Positions 39,768 to 49,625 of a stretch of 59,744 bases of DNA are shown here, piece after piece (position 1 is the stretch's first letter; each line of letters starts with the position of its first letter). Origin of the DNA: a virus (lineage: Duplodnaviria > Caudoviricetes). Location of the stretch: IMG/VR virus record IMGVR_UViG_3300025127_000035, positions 1-59,744 of that record. The stretch is one strand, 5' to 3'. A model generated the notes under the pieces. The model had not been told where the DNA came from, did not search any database, and worked only from the letters and a program-made list of their open reading frames with translations. Position numbers and translations under genes: made by a program.

Positions 39768-40403
39768 ATGTCGATTTCAAGCACTTATGATACAAATGTT
39801 AGAGATGTGGTAGAAAAAACAAACGCTAAATTAATTATAAAAAGCATGTTAACAACTCAAAGAGTTCAATTTCCAGCGTTTTTAACCTCTTTTAGTCAAT
39901 CATGGACTTCAAGCTGGAATGAGGAAGAGGTCTACGGAAGAATGGACCCAATAGCAACATTTCAAAGCACTAGAAGGATTATATCTGTTGCTTTTGACTT
40001 ACCCGCAACTAATGTTAGCAATGCGAGAGATAACTTAAAAAATTGTGATAAACTAGCCAAGTTTTTGTATCCCGGCTACACAAAACAGACCTATAAAAGC
40101 TTAAAAGACGAAGAAAAATTGGCGGGTAGAATTATTGCGAGACCTCCATTAGTGAGTGTGAAATTCGCTAATTTAATAGGAGGTTTCACAAAAGCAAAAA
40201 AAGCAGATCGCGGTGGTCAATTGGGTTATTTATCGGGACTTGATTGGACACCTGTATTAGAGATGGGTATGTATACAGGCGCAGGTGGTAAATTATTTCC
40301 AAAAGTTATATCTTTGTCATTTACTCTCAATGTTCTTCATCAAGCCGATAAAGGTTTTAGTGAGGGTAATAAGTGGCTTAGTAACGGGTTTTTTGGAACT
40401 TAA
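39768..40403 (+). CDS. Baseplate tube-initiator-like protein
   Basis: FPAFLTSFS, YGRMDPI, YP, PP...F motifs; follows the tape measure gene. Confidence 0.6.
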   Translation: MSISSTYDTNVRDVVEKTNAKLIIKSMLTTQRVQFPAFLTSFSQSWTSSWNEEEVYGRMDPIATFQSTRRIISVAFDLPATNVSNARDNLKNCDKLAKFLYPGYTKQTYKSLKDEEKLAGRIIARPPLVSVKFANLIGGFTKAKKADRGGQLGYLSGLDWTPVLEMGMYTGAGGKLFPKVISLSFTLNVLHQADKGFSEGNKWLSNGFFGT

Positions 40404-40421
40404 ATAAGATAGGAGCAAAAC

Positions 40422-40754
40422 ATGTCCAGATATAGTACAAGAGAAATAGCTATAAATTCTGAAGAGCAATATAAAAAAATGCTTGATAAAAGAGGGATTA
40501 AAAAAATCTCACAATATAGAACTTTAGAAAAAGAGGTCTTTGAACAGGAAGTTTATGACTCTATTGAGACAATAGATTATGTTTGGAAATATGGAGACTT
40601 GTATTCTAACATAGCTTATCGTGCTTATGGTGATCCCGAATATTGGTGGGTAATTGCATCGTTTAATAAAAGACCAACAGAGTTTCATAATAAAATCGGA
40701 GATATTTTGAAAGTACCAATTAGTTTAAGTGATGTGTTGCAGGTGGTTGAATAA
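40422..40754 (+). CDS. LysM/gp53-like baseplate protein
   Basis: GD...IAYRAYGDPEYWWVIASFN..GDILKVP. Confidence 0.8.
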   Translation: MSRYSTREIAINSEEQYKKMLDKRGIKKISQYRTLEKEVFEQEVYDSIETIDYVWKYGDLYSNIAYRAYGDPEYWWVIASFNKRPTEFHNKIGDILKVPISLSDVLQVVE

Positions 40755-43700
40755 TGGCGAAAACAGATGCAGAATTAAAAAATGAGGCCACAAAGGCTGG
40801 TGGTTTTATAGATAAAATGCTAAAGTGGTACAACCCTAAAGCCAGACAGAGCGCTAAGGGTGGGAAAAGCCAACCCTTAACGATTCAGACGGATGCGTTT
40901 TATGACTCAACCCTTGGGTATGCCCAAACTGAAGGAAAATTTCAAGGTTTTAAAGCTTACCAAGGCGGTGGTAGTGAACCAGCAACAGTCAATTTTATAA
41001 GAGGTGTCGGGCAGAACATGATTGGCCTCAGTGGCGGACCAAATGAGTTAAACAGCTATATAGGTGGTGCTCAGATATCACATTATTTAATGGACAATCA
41101 AATCGGTAAAGTTTTTGAAGACCCAACATTTACTCGCTACATGTTAAGATGCTATAGTAATGTAAAAGTTGCTCTTAATGGTAAAACTAAAAAAGTGACC
41201 GAAGAAATACCAATAATATTTAAAATGACTTCAGGGGGCGCGGACAAGAAATGGACAAATAATCTTGAGTATAAAAAAATAATTACAAAAGCTTGGGGTC
41301 AAAACGAGGGACCAACCCCCTTGAATATGACTTATGCTGAAGAGATATGCCTACCAGTGGTTTTTAGTTACAAATCAATGCTAACCAAAGGCTGCGATGA
41401 ATTCTTAAAAGAAAGAATAGCACCTATATTGCTTGGTGCTGACCCAGATACTAGTAAATATCTTCCAAAGATTTTTATGGAACACTTGGGGAACAACCCA
41501 TCCTTCAGTGATGATAATGAAAGAAGGTTGTTTTTGCTGATGGGTGGCAAACACTATGGTGCAAATGATATTCCTTATTTAAACATCATAAAAGCAGACA
41601 GCAGTACAGCATTCGCTAATGTTCCCACAGATGTTAGAGATTATTGGAAAAAACATTACACCACAGCTATTCGTATAGAAGAAGCTGGAACTCAAGCTGG
41701 TGCGGAAGGTCTTAAGCAACTTTTGGGAGAGGAACCCAACCTACAGACGTTTGCAAAATATATTACACATGGGGCACCCACCGATAAGGAGTGGGGTTCA
41801 AAAGTAATGAATTACATGTTCTACAGCAATACTTACGACGAATCGCCCAACAAAAATGATTCCTCCAGAGAACGCATGATTGCTATGCCTTTCGTAACAT
41901 CTATTGAGGTCCAGTCTGGGGAGAGAGGAAAAGGCAGGCGTTTTGTCCTTGGCTTTCCATTAATGAAGACCAATCGATCTACAGATTACATAAAACAGAT
42001 GCATAATCTAATCTATCTAAACAAAGTAGAGTCGGACATACCCCAAAAACATTTAATACCGTATTTGATCGGTAAGGGTTCCCTAGCTACCGCAGTAGAC
42101 CCTTCAGTTTATAGTGTATACGTCCAAGATGAAAGCAACGCCTCTGAATCTTTATTATATGATTATAATTTTCCAAACTTAGATAGCATAAATTCTGCCC
42201 CAAGTAATTTAGTTAATGCTTTGGGTGGACCAACGAATTATCTGACAATGGCCGGAGATAGATTCTCAGCTTTGAAGGAAAGGGGTCTAGATTTCTCACC
42301 TGATCCTGAGTGGGTAAAAGAATCTTTTACCCACCAAAGCAAGGGCATTGGTATCACCAACGGCCCCGCTGCGGCTGGTACTGGACATGAAGTGACTGTT
42401 TTTAAAGCAAATCCAAACCCTGTGGTTTTGGATGATGTATATAAAAGTGTGCTTGTAGGCTACAATGAGTCGTTGGGGAAGGGGACTGCGTTCGTCAAGG
42501 GCCCACGTCAATTTGCCGAACCAAACGAAACAATTTTAGATTTTGAACCCTCTAAAATCTCTAAACAACTTATAGCGAATCTTAAACAGGCAATACAGGT
42601 TGATTCATTTACTAATGAAGAATCCGTTCATATAAATGACGAACTTGTTACTTTGCTTTATGAGCCTCTAACGAGATGTAATGAGATGATAGCATCGGAA
42701 TATGCGAGATATAACAAAAGGGTAGCAAAATTTAAAGAACTCGTCGCATCTGGACAAACCTCAAAAGATGCTATAAGGGGTTTAAATTTGGGAACCGCAG
42801 ATGCAGTCCCCGCATCTGCAACCACACCCGAACAAATAAGAGAATATTATATACTCCAGCTTTGGATCGATGCGGTTAACGCTGCTTCTTATAAGGCATT
42901 TTTATTTTTGAGAAGGTCTCAATTTAATGTAGAGACGTGGATTAGATTTACATCAACTCTTATTCTTAATAATCAAAAAAAGAGCAATAAAGAAATAAAT
43001 GAATTATTGAAAGCTATTAATCAGAGCCCCGGCAAAGGTCTTGGCGAAATAGCATCCGATGTTTTAAAGGAGGTTGAACCACCAGCCCCCCCTACCTCTG
43101 GCGACGATGACGAAGAAGAAGACATAGGCGAGGCCAAAGAGCGTCTAAAAGAAAGGAGAAAAAACGCCAATCAGTGCCTAATATCCACAAATATTGAAAC
43201 ACTAAAACACAAATATCATGAAATAATAAAAAGTGAATTAAAGGACACGACTTTCCAAAACACCAAACGTCACAGTAAGAAAGATCGGTTTACAATTCAT
43301 AGAGAAGCGGGCTATGGATCCCAAGCTTTTGGAAACAGGTTTAGCTGCTTAAGACATACCCTTGGTGATCATGGGGAGATACCAAACTTATTGGTGGCCA
43401 ATTCGGGCGATGATTTGCGTCTGTTTTTAAACGGAACACCAGAGATTCAGTCTGCTCTTGTTCCAAAAATAAGATTATTTAGGGTGACAGATAGCTCTGG
43501 AGGCGTGGATGAATATGAAACAGAATTTACTTTTAAAAACTTTTCTGACCCTAAAGAGATAATAGGTCTTAGCAACGGTAATAACATCCAAAAAGGCCAA
43601 GGCGGTGGAATTAAAAGTTTTACTTGGACATATGAAGGAGGAACGCCCGCCACGGCAAAAAAAGATATTAATGCCGAATTAACTCTTTACTTTCAGTCTT

Positions 43701-45865
43701 TTGCTGAGTTAACTAAGAAAAGAGGCACTCAAGAAAGAAGCTGGCGTTACATAGATTTATTACTTTATCCAACAAATGATGCTTATGTAAAAGAAAATCA
43801 AAATGCCCACCCAAACCAGTATAATCCCACAAACTTTAGGATTAGAGCCGATGTTGGATGGCATGTAAGAAAAGACATAGCTTTTAGAAATCTTTTATTG
43901 GATAGTGCGTATGGTTCTAAATCAAAAGTTACTGATGACCAACAAAACAGGATTAGTGCATTAGTAAAGAAAGCCAAAGCCCAAAAGAAGAAGGTTGACT
44001 ATAACGAGGTGTTTAGAAAAGTAGTAGGCGGAGATCTATTGAAGAAGTTTAACAAAGGCTTAAGAAAAATTAATAAGTCGCTTTTATTGAATATGATAGA
44101 TCATGATATTGATTTTAGAAATGACGGGTCAGTTGAACTAAAAATTACTTATGCTGCATACGCTGAATCAATGGCTAGGTCATCTTTAATAAACGCCCTC
44201 TCAACACCAGAAATAGAATATTATCGACAAGCTGCTGATCGTGAATTGTATGATTTATTAAAAAAGAGCAATTGTCGAGCAGAGGAAATAAATGCAATTC
44301 GATCTGAGCAATCAAGCGCAGAAAAAAATCTTATTGTCGCTGCTCAATCGTCAATTGTGTCAAGGCTAACCTTAAGGGGTCTCATCAGAACTGTTTATTT
44401 TGATAAAGAAAATGCTGATAATTATTTAGATAAAGAACTCTTTGGTTCTGTTCCCAAGCCGGTTTTTACTGATAAGTTCGACAGGGCAATCGCCCCTAGT
44501 GAGCTTCCCGAAGCTGACGATCTGGACAAGTTAAGAATGGTAAAGTTTTTCTTTTTAGGTGATTTAATGCACACGATATTAGATTGTTTATTTCTACCAG
44601 ATACTAATCTAAATGCAACAGAATATTCTAAGCAGTTTGGCGACAAATTAAGATCCGGCAAATATGTTCCACAACCAAATTATACCAAAAAAAGACCCGA
44701 AACAAAAAACTTTATTCCCCTTCTATCTTCATTTATATACTCAGATTATAACACAAAAATTAATGTTTCTGGTGCTGAAGTGGTTCAAGCAAATAAGATT
44801 TTTAGTGCTAATATAGCAGACATGCCTATTTCAGTGGACTATTTTAATAGATGGCTGCGAGAAAATGTTATAAAACCTGAGAGAACGGTGTATCCTTTAA
44901 TGAACTTTATAAGAGATATTGTTGAAGCCGTTATTGAGCTTTTAACTGATACATGTATCAACAAGAATGTTGACTCTTCTTTAATGTTTCAAACACAACA
45001 AATTAGAGCTAAATCAAATATACAATCTAATCCATACGCTAATGGAAAAACATTATATAAGGATGTGTTTCGCTCTTTAAGGGCAGAAGCCCGGAGCAAT
45101 CCAACAATATTTGTTGATGTTGATAAGCATTATAATAAAAGCAATGGAAAAATGGCCTTTCCTCTTGTAACAAGCGACGAAGACCCCAAAACTGGTGAAC
45201 GCATTGAGAGTAAAGCATATAAAGATTATATGCTACTTTATGCAGTATCTCCGATTCTTGCAACGTCACATCAGGGTAGAGGCATTAGATCCAAAGATGA
45301 ACAAAGAGGTACTTTTCACTTTTTAATTGGTAATAATAAAGGCTTATTAAAAAATATTAAATTTTCAAAAACAGATATGGCGTATTTAAGAGAGGCGAGA
45401 TACTATAATCAAGGTAACTATGGTCTACTACAACTCGGTGCTGTCTATAATGTTGATTTGGAGCTTTTTGGAAACACAATATTTTATCCCGGTATGGAGA
45501 TATTTATTGATCCAAGGTCTTTTGGAGGGCCACAGTGGGACCCAACTAAGGGCGGTAAAGGTAGATCCATCGCAAACGCACTTGGAATTGGTGGCTATCA
45601 CACCATCACAAGGGTTACTTGCACCATCTCGCCATCTGGATTTACCACTTCTGTGCAAGCTGTTTTTCAATATAGTGGTGATATATCATCTAGAAATATT
45701 GCAATTGATGGGCAAGCTTATCAACAAGACTCAAAGGAAGATATCACAGAAGCCGGTGCAGTAAGAAGCATTAAATGTGTTGAAGCTGTTGATAGCGCAA
45801 TTGAACAAAGCATTCGAGCGGAGGCAGCGCAGCAGAATTCCACAACAAAGAAATACCGTTTTTAG
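40754..45865 (+). CDS. Large baseplate hub-like protein (1703 aa)
   Basis: C-terminal LFGNTIFYPGMEIFI and GGYHTITRV resemble the gp27/VgrG hub; position. Confidence 0.55.
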   Translation: MAKTDAELKNEATKAGGFIDKMLKWYNPKARQSAKGGKSQPLTIQTDAFYDSTLGYAQTEGKFQGFKAYQGGGSEPATVNFIRGVGQNMIGLSGGPNELNSYIGGAQISHYLMDNQIGKVFEDPTFTRYMLRCYSNVKVALNGKTKKVTEEIPIIFKMTSGGADKKWTNNLEYKKIITKAWGQNEGPTPLNMTYAEEICLPVVFSYKSMLTKGCDEFLKERIAPILLGADPDTSKYLPKIFMEHLGNNPSFSDDNERRLFLLMGGKHYGANDIPYLNIIKADSSTAFANVPTDVRDYWKKHYTTAIRIEEAGTQAGAEGLKQLLGEEPNLQTFAKYITHGAPTDKEWGSKVMNYMFYSNTYDESPNKNDSSRERMIAMPFVTSIEVQSGERGKGRRFVLGFPLMKTNRSTDYIKQMHNLIYLNKVESDIPQKHLIPYLIGKGSLATAVDPSVYSVYVQDESNASESLLYDYNFPNLDSINSAPSNLVNALGGPTNYLTMAGDRFSALKERGLDFSPDPEWVKESFTHQSKGIGITNGPAAAGTGHEVTVFKANPNPVVLDDVYKSVLVGYNESLGKGTAFVKGPRQFAEPNETILDFEPSKISKQLIANLKQAIQVDSFTNEESVHINDELVTLLYEPLTRCNEMIASEYARYNKRVAKFKELVASGQTSKDAIRGLNLGTADAVPASATTPEQIREYYILQLWIDAVNAASYKAFLFLRRSQFNVETWIRFTSTLILNNQKKSNKEINELLKAINQSPGKGLGEIASDVLKEVEPPAPPTSGDDDEEEDIGEAKERLKERRKNANQCLISTNIETLKHKYHEIIKSELKDTTFQNTKRHSKKDRFTIHREAGYGSQAFGNRFSCLRHTLGDHGEIPNLLVANSGDDLRLFLNGTPEIQSALVPKIRLFRVTDSSGGVDEYETEFTFKNFSDPKEIIGLSNGNNIQKGQGGGIKSFTWTYEGGTPATAKKDINAELTLYFQSFAELTKKRGTQERSWRYIDLLLYPTNDAYVKENQNAHPNQYNPTNFRIRADVGWHVRKDIAFRNLLLDSAYGSKSKVTDDQQNRISALVKKAKAQKKKVDYNEVFRKVVGGDLLKKFNKGLRKINKSLLLNMIDHDIDFRNDGSVELKITYAAYAESMARSSLINALSTPEIEYYRQAADRELYDLLKKSNCRAEEINAIRSEQSSAEKNLIVAAQSSIVSRLTLRGLIRTVYFDKENADNYLDKELFGSVPKPVFTDKFDRAIAPSELPEADDLDKLRMVKFFFLGDLMHTILDCLFLPDTNLNATEYSKQFGDKLRSGKYVPQPNYTKKRPETKNFIPLLSSFIYSDYNTKINVSGAEVVQANKIFSANIADMPISVDYFNRWLRENVIKPERTVYPLMNFIRDIVEAVIELLTDTCINKNVDSSLMFQTQQIRAKSNIQSNPYANGKTLYKDVFRSLRAEARSNPTIFVDVDKHYNKSNGKMAFPLVTSDEDPKTGERIESKAYKDYMLLYAVSPILATSHQGRGIRSKDEQRGTFHFLIGNNKGLLKNIKFSKTDMAYLREARYYNQGNYGLLQLGAVYNVDLELFGNTIFYPGMEIFIDPRSFGGPQWDPTKGGKGRSIANALGIGGYHTITRVTCTISPSGFTTSVQAVFQYSGDISSRNIAIDGQAYQQDSKEDITEAGAVRSIKCVEAVDSAIEQSIRAEAAQQNSTTKKYRF

Positions 45866-45876
45866 GAGGATTATAA

Positions 45877-47211
45877 ATGGCCAGATTTAAAGCACAAAAT
45901 ACAACTCGCTCTGCTTGGAATTCTTTTTACCATAGAGTAAATTACAAAAAGAACGCCCTTCCTAAAAACCCAGAGATAAAAGATTTTAGCTTTGCGGAAG
46001 ATACGCTTTATGGAAGAGTAGATCCAGCACTGAATACAGTTTATCCCGATGAAAACAAGATGACGACCCTAATAAACAGCGAAGCAACAGAAAATTCATT
46101 TCGATTGTTAGATTTTGTAGCGGATGCATTTATTGGTGTAAAAAATGCTATGGATGCCGCTGCTGAAAATGGAACCATTCCTACCGATCAGGCGATTTTT
46201 TCTAAATTTAGTATTAAAAAGGCTTATCAATCTCCATCAGATTTATACAATGCCTATATTGATAACCTGATGGACAGATATATTACTGAATACCTATATG
46301 GCCAAAATTTAAAAAAAAAGGTTTTAAATTTTAGTCAATTTGTAAACCATCTTATACATTTTTTAAAAAATCAAACTGACCACACTCCAGTTACATTTAC
46401 ATCTTGGCAGCGTTCAACTACATCAAACATTTTTACGTCTGGGATAGCGGTCGATATTGGTACTTTTGAATATGGTGATGACCCAAGAACAGAAAGAGTT
46501 GTTTTAGACAACCCATGTCTTCCATATTATTTGAAAGTTTGTCGAGCAAATGGCTTTTTAGTATCAAATTTAAACCCTACTATAATGGTTGCCGATATAT
46601 TGTCTCCGGGTTTACTCCCATACGCAACAGCTAGACAAATCTATTCAACAGAAGAGGTTTTTACGAGTAGGTACTTGTACGCCTACACAATTGATTATGA
46701 GACTCTTGTTACTAAATTTATTGATGGCTTTAATTTATTTGTATCAAGGTCACCACTTGAAAAAATAGTTTCCATAAAGTGTAGAAAATCACACTCATAT
46801 AAATTAAAAGAGAGAAGTGCTCTTAATCCGAACAAAATTAATAATGTCATGTCGATGTCTAGTCTGTTAGTAAAATATACTCAAATTAGAAACATGGAAG
46901 AAGAATACATTTTGGATAAAAAAACCATGGATTCTTTAATTAGAAGAATAAAAATAACAAAAAGTGTTGACAAAGACATTATGATGAGATATATTAATAG
47001 AACTTTCCGAGAAACATATAAATTAAAATATGGCGGATTAAATTATTTTTCACAAAAATTAAAAGCAAGAAATGAAATTAAAGAACCCTCAACTCAATCA
47101 GCATCCGGTGCATCACTTGTTGACTCAGGTGTCTCAGATACAACATCAGTTGCTCAAACATCAGTTCCATCAGGTGGTGGTTCAAGCGGGGGATCAAGCG
47201 GGGGGTATTAA
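45877..47211 (+). CDS. Hypothetical protein (baseplate region)
   Basis: AGGAGG RBS; 444 aa with a Ser/Gly-rich tail. Confidence 0.7.
   Translation: MARFKAQNTTRSAWNSFYHRVNYKKNALPKNPEIKDFSFAEDTLYGRVDPALNTVYPDENKMTTLINSEATENSFRLLDFVADAFIGVKNAMDAAAENGTIPTDQAIFSKFSIKKAYQSPSDLYNAYIDNLMDRYITEYLYGQNLKKKVLNFSQFVNHLIHFLKNQTDHTPVTFTSWQRSTTSNIFTSGIAVDIGTFEYGDDPRTERVVLDNPCLPYYLKVCRANGFLVSNLNPTIMVADILSPGLLPYATARQIYSTEEVFTSRYLYAYTIDYETLVTKFIDGFNLFVSRSPLEKIVSIKCRKSHSYKLKERSALNPNKINNVMSMSSLLVKYTQIRNMEEEYILDKKTMDSLIRRIKITKSVDKDIMMRYINRTFRETYKLKYGGLNYFSQKLKARNEIKEPSTQSASGASLVDSGVSDTTSVAQTSVPSGGGSSGGSSGGY
46967..46995 (+). promoter_or_regulatory. Internal sigma70-type promoter upstream of the polymerase
   Basis: TTGACA, 17 nt, TATATT. 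Confidence 0.55.
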
Positions 47212-48401
47212 TGACTTTTCAAATTCTTGATGATAGGAGAGAGTGCTATGGAATCTATTATAATGGAAGCTTTATTTACGACAATTTCCCAAGCAACCTT
47301 GATCGGACTTGGGAGTGGTCTTCTCATCTTCTTGGTCGGAACATCAATTATGGTTCTATCTTTTGCGGTGGTCGAGAAATTGGTAAAGTCGGTCCCGTCC
47401 ACCTTCAAGACAGGTATGAAATCTATTCTCGCAAGATTCGGAGCTTTTTAAGAGCAACAGCAAATGCAAAGATAAAGTTTGATGATGTTTGTTTGTTTGA
47501 GATTGTTCCTCAACAACACCTCCGACACTATTGTGAGGTCAAGAACGATATAACCAATTGGGTATTTGAGAATCATGTAAAACCACAGAATCATCAGCAC
47601 ATAGTAGATGTAATGGAGTTGTGCGATGATATTTCACAAAAAATCCCCGTAATCGACCTAAATCGGCTCTATAGACATAGTAAGCATGATAGGAAGGCCA
47701 AGTATCTTTTCGAGCAAGTTAAGGGTGAAAATACCCCCATTCTGTACGATGTATGGGGGTCTGTGACCGGAAGATTGACCACCAAACCCGGCTCTTTTCC
47801 GATCCTAAATCTTAAGAAAGAAATCGCTGATTGCGTGATTCCAACCAACGATGTTTTCGTCCAACTTGATTTCAATGGAGCCGAGATCAGAACTCTAATT
47901 TCTCTTGCTGGAAAAGAGCAACCAGAAGAGGATATCCATGAATGGAATATGAAGAGCATCTATCATAATATAACCGAGAGATCAAAAGCAAAACAACGAT
48001 TCTTCGCTTGGTTGTACAATCCGAATTCAAATGATCAAGAGACTGAGAGGCACTATACGAGAGAACAGATACTAAATAAACATTATAATAATAGTATAGT
48101 ATCAACTCCTTTTGGAAGAAAGATAGAAGCCGATGATTTCCATGCTTTGAATTATCTTCTACAATCTTCATCATCAGATAATTGCTTACAATCAGCAGTT
48201 AAGGTTAATAAACTATTAAAGAATAAAAAATCATTTGTTCAATCAGTTGTGCATGATTGTGTTACAATCGACATGGATTTATCAGAAAGACATATGCTTC
48301 CAACTTTGGTTGAGATCTTCAGCGAGACCTCGTTGGGTAAGTTTAAGACATCAGTACAAATTGGACACAACTTAAAAGACTTAGAGGAAGTTCAATGGTA
48401 G
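47211..48401 (+). CDS. Minimal family-A DNA polymerase domain
   Basis: TGRL, motif A LDFNGAEIR, motif B RSKAKQRFFAWLY, NYLLQ, motif C VHD. Confidence 0.85.
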   Translation: MTFQILDDRRECYGIYYNGSFIYDNFPSNLDRTWEWSSHLLGRNINYGSIFCGGREIGKVGPVHLQDRYEIYSRKIRSFLRATANAKIKFDDVCLFEIVPQQHLRHYCEVKNDITNWVFENHVKPQNHQHIVDVMELCDDISQKIPVIDLNRLYRHSKHDRKAKYLFEQVKGENTPILYDVWGSVTGRLTTKPGSFPILNLKKEIADCVIPTNDVFVQLDFNGAEIRTLISLAGKEQPEEDIHEWNMKSIYHNITERSKAKQRFFAWLYNPNSNDQETERHYTREQILNKHYNNSIVSTPFGRKIEADDFHALNYLLQSSSSDNCLQSAVKVNKLLKNKKSFVQSVVHDCVTIDMDLSERHMLPTLVEIFSETSLGKFKTSVQIGHNLKDLEEVQW

Positions 48402-49201
48402 TAATAGGTATAGGTACAGCAGGCTGTAAAATTGCTAATTGTTTTAGTAAGGGTCATAAGAAAATTCTTATTGCGCCTGATAAGTTTCCGAAGATATGTA
48501 AGACCGTTGAGGATTATGAAAGCAAGTGCCCTTCATTAAAGAAAGAGCTTACATTCTCTCAAAAAGAATGTTGGGTGTTTGTTTGCGGTGCTTCAAAAAC
48601 ATCTGGGGCAACATTAAGAATCTTAGAAAAGATAAAAAATAAAAAAATAAATGTTATTTATATGGTTCCTGATAGTTTGCTTTCAACACCAACACAACTA
48701 AAGCAAGATAAAGTTGCCTTTAATGTTTTGCAAGAATTTGCTCGCTCTGGTTTACTAAATTCTATATATCTTGTTTCAAATATAGCTTTAGTTGATATTG
48801 CTGGTGAGGGTCCGATTAGTGATATTTATAGAGATGCAAATTTAATAATTACTAACATCATTGAAACAATAGAATATTTTAAAAAACAAGAACCCGTTCT
48901 TGGAACAATTGCTGAGACAAAAGAAGTATCCAGAATAAAAACATTTTCTGTAGGAACCCTTGACCATGATCAAGAAAAATTACTTTTTCCTCTTGACAAC
49001 ATTACAGAAACTGGTTACATGTATAGTATAAACGAAGACGAACTTAATCAGGAGAATGATTTGTTAATGTCGATAAAAGATAAGGTCGCCCAAGATAAGG
49101 AGAACAACCTTCTCTCTTCTTTTGCTATCTTTTCTTCTCCACATGAGAAGTCATTTTATTATGCGATTAAGTCTACGCACTTCATTCAAGAAAAAATATA
49201 A
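48395..49201 (+). CDS. Divergent tubulin/FtsZ-like protein
   Basis: N-terminal VIGIGTAGCKIA, degenerate signature CGASKTSGA, YLVSN. Confidence 0.65.
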   Translation: MVVIGIGTAGCKIANCFSKGHKKILIAPDKFPKICKTVEDYESKCPSLKKELTFSQKECWVFVCGASKTSGATLRILEKIKNKKINVIYMVPDSLLSTPTQLKQDKVAFNVLQEFARSGLLNSIYLVSNIALVDIAGEGPISDIYRDANLIITNIIETIEYFKKQEPVLGTIAETKEVSRIKTFSVGTLDHDQEKLLFPLDNITETGYMYSINEDELNQENDLLMSIKDKVAQDKENNLLSSFAIFSSPHEKSFYYAIKSTHFIQEKI

Positions 49202-49210
49202 AAAAATTAT

Positions 49211-49238
49211 TTGACAAAAAATGGTTTTATGTTATATT
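49211..49238 (+). promoter_or_regulatory. Sigma70-type promoter
   Basis: TTGACA, 16 nt, TATATT with a TG extension. Confidence 0.65.
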
Positions 49239-49289
49239 AAAAGAGTCGATAAAGACACAACAATAAAACAACAACAAACAGGAGAAAAA

Positions 49290-49532
49290 ATGAGTAATTA
49301 CACTGCATACACCGGAACTTTCGTAAACAAGAATGGCCAAACTCGTACCATGACCTTTATCCGTAAAGGTGATGTTCCAAGTTCTTTCTTTAACGGGAGT
49401 ATTAAGCGTAAACTTTCTGAGGGTATGGAAACCGTTTACGATGTAAATGCGAAAGGTTGGCGTACATTTAATAGCAATACACAAGTTGGCCAACTTTCAC
49501 AACAAACAGTACAATTTTCATTTGACAGTTAA
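49290..49532 (+). CDS. Small WYL_2/SH3-like beta-barrel protein
   Basis: AGGAG RBS before ATG 49290; F.NKNG..RTM...YDV..KGWRTF. Confidence 0.6.
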   Translation: MSNYTAYTGTFVNKNGQTRTMTFIRKGDVPSSFFNGSIKRKLSEGMETVYDVNAKGWRTFNSNTQVGQLSQQTVQFSFDS

Positions 49533-49550
49533 GCATAATTATGCTATAAT
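49522..49550 (+). promoter_or_regulatory. Sigma70-type promoter of ssb with a palindrome in the spacer
   Basis: TTGACA, 17 nt, TATAAT with TG extension; AGCATAATTATGCT at 49532-49545. Confidence 0.8.
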
Positions 49551-49625
49551 ATAAATAGCGGGGGGCTTTTGCCCCCCGACTTTAGCCTGAAACGGCAAAA
49601 ACTTTAACAATAGAGGAGTAACAAC

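Noticed and set aside
48395-49201. Nucleus-forming jumbo phage, implied by the tubulin
   Set aside because: No chimallin or multisubunit RNA polymerase in the window; the architecture is T4-like with host sigma70 promoters.
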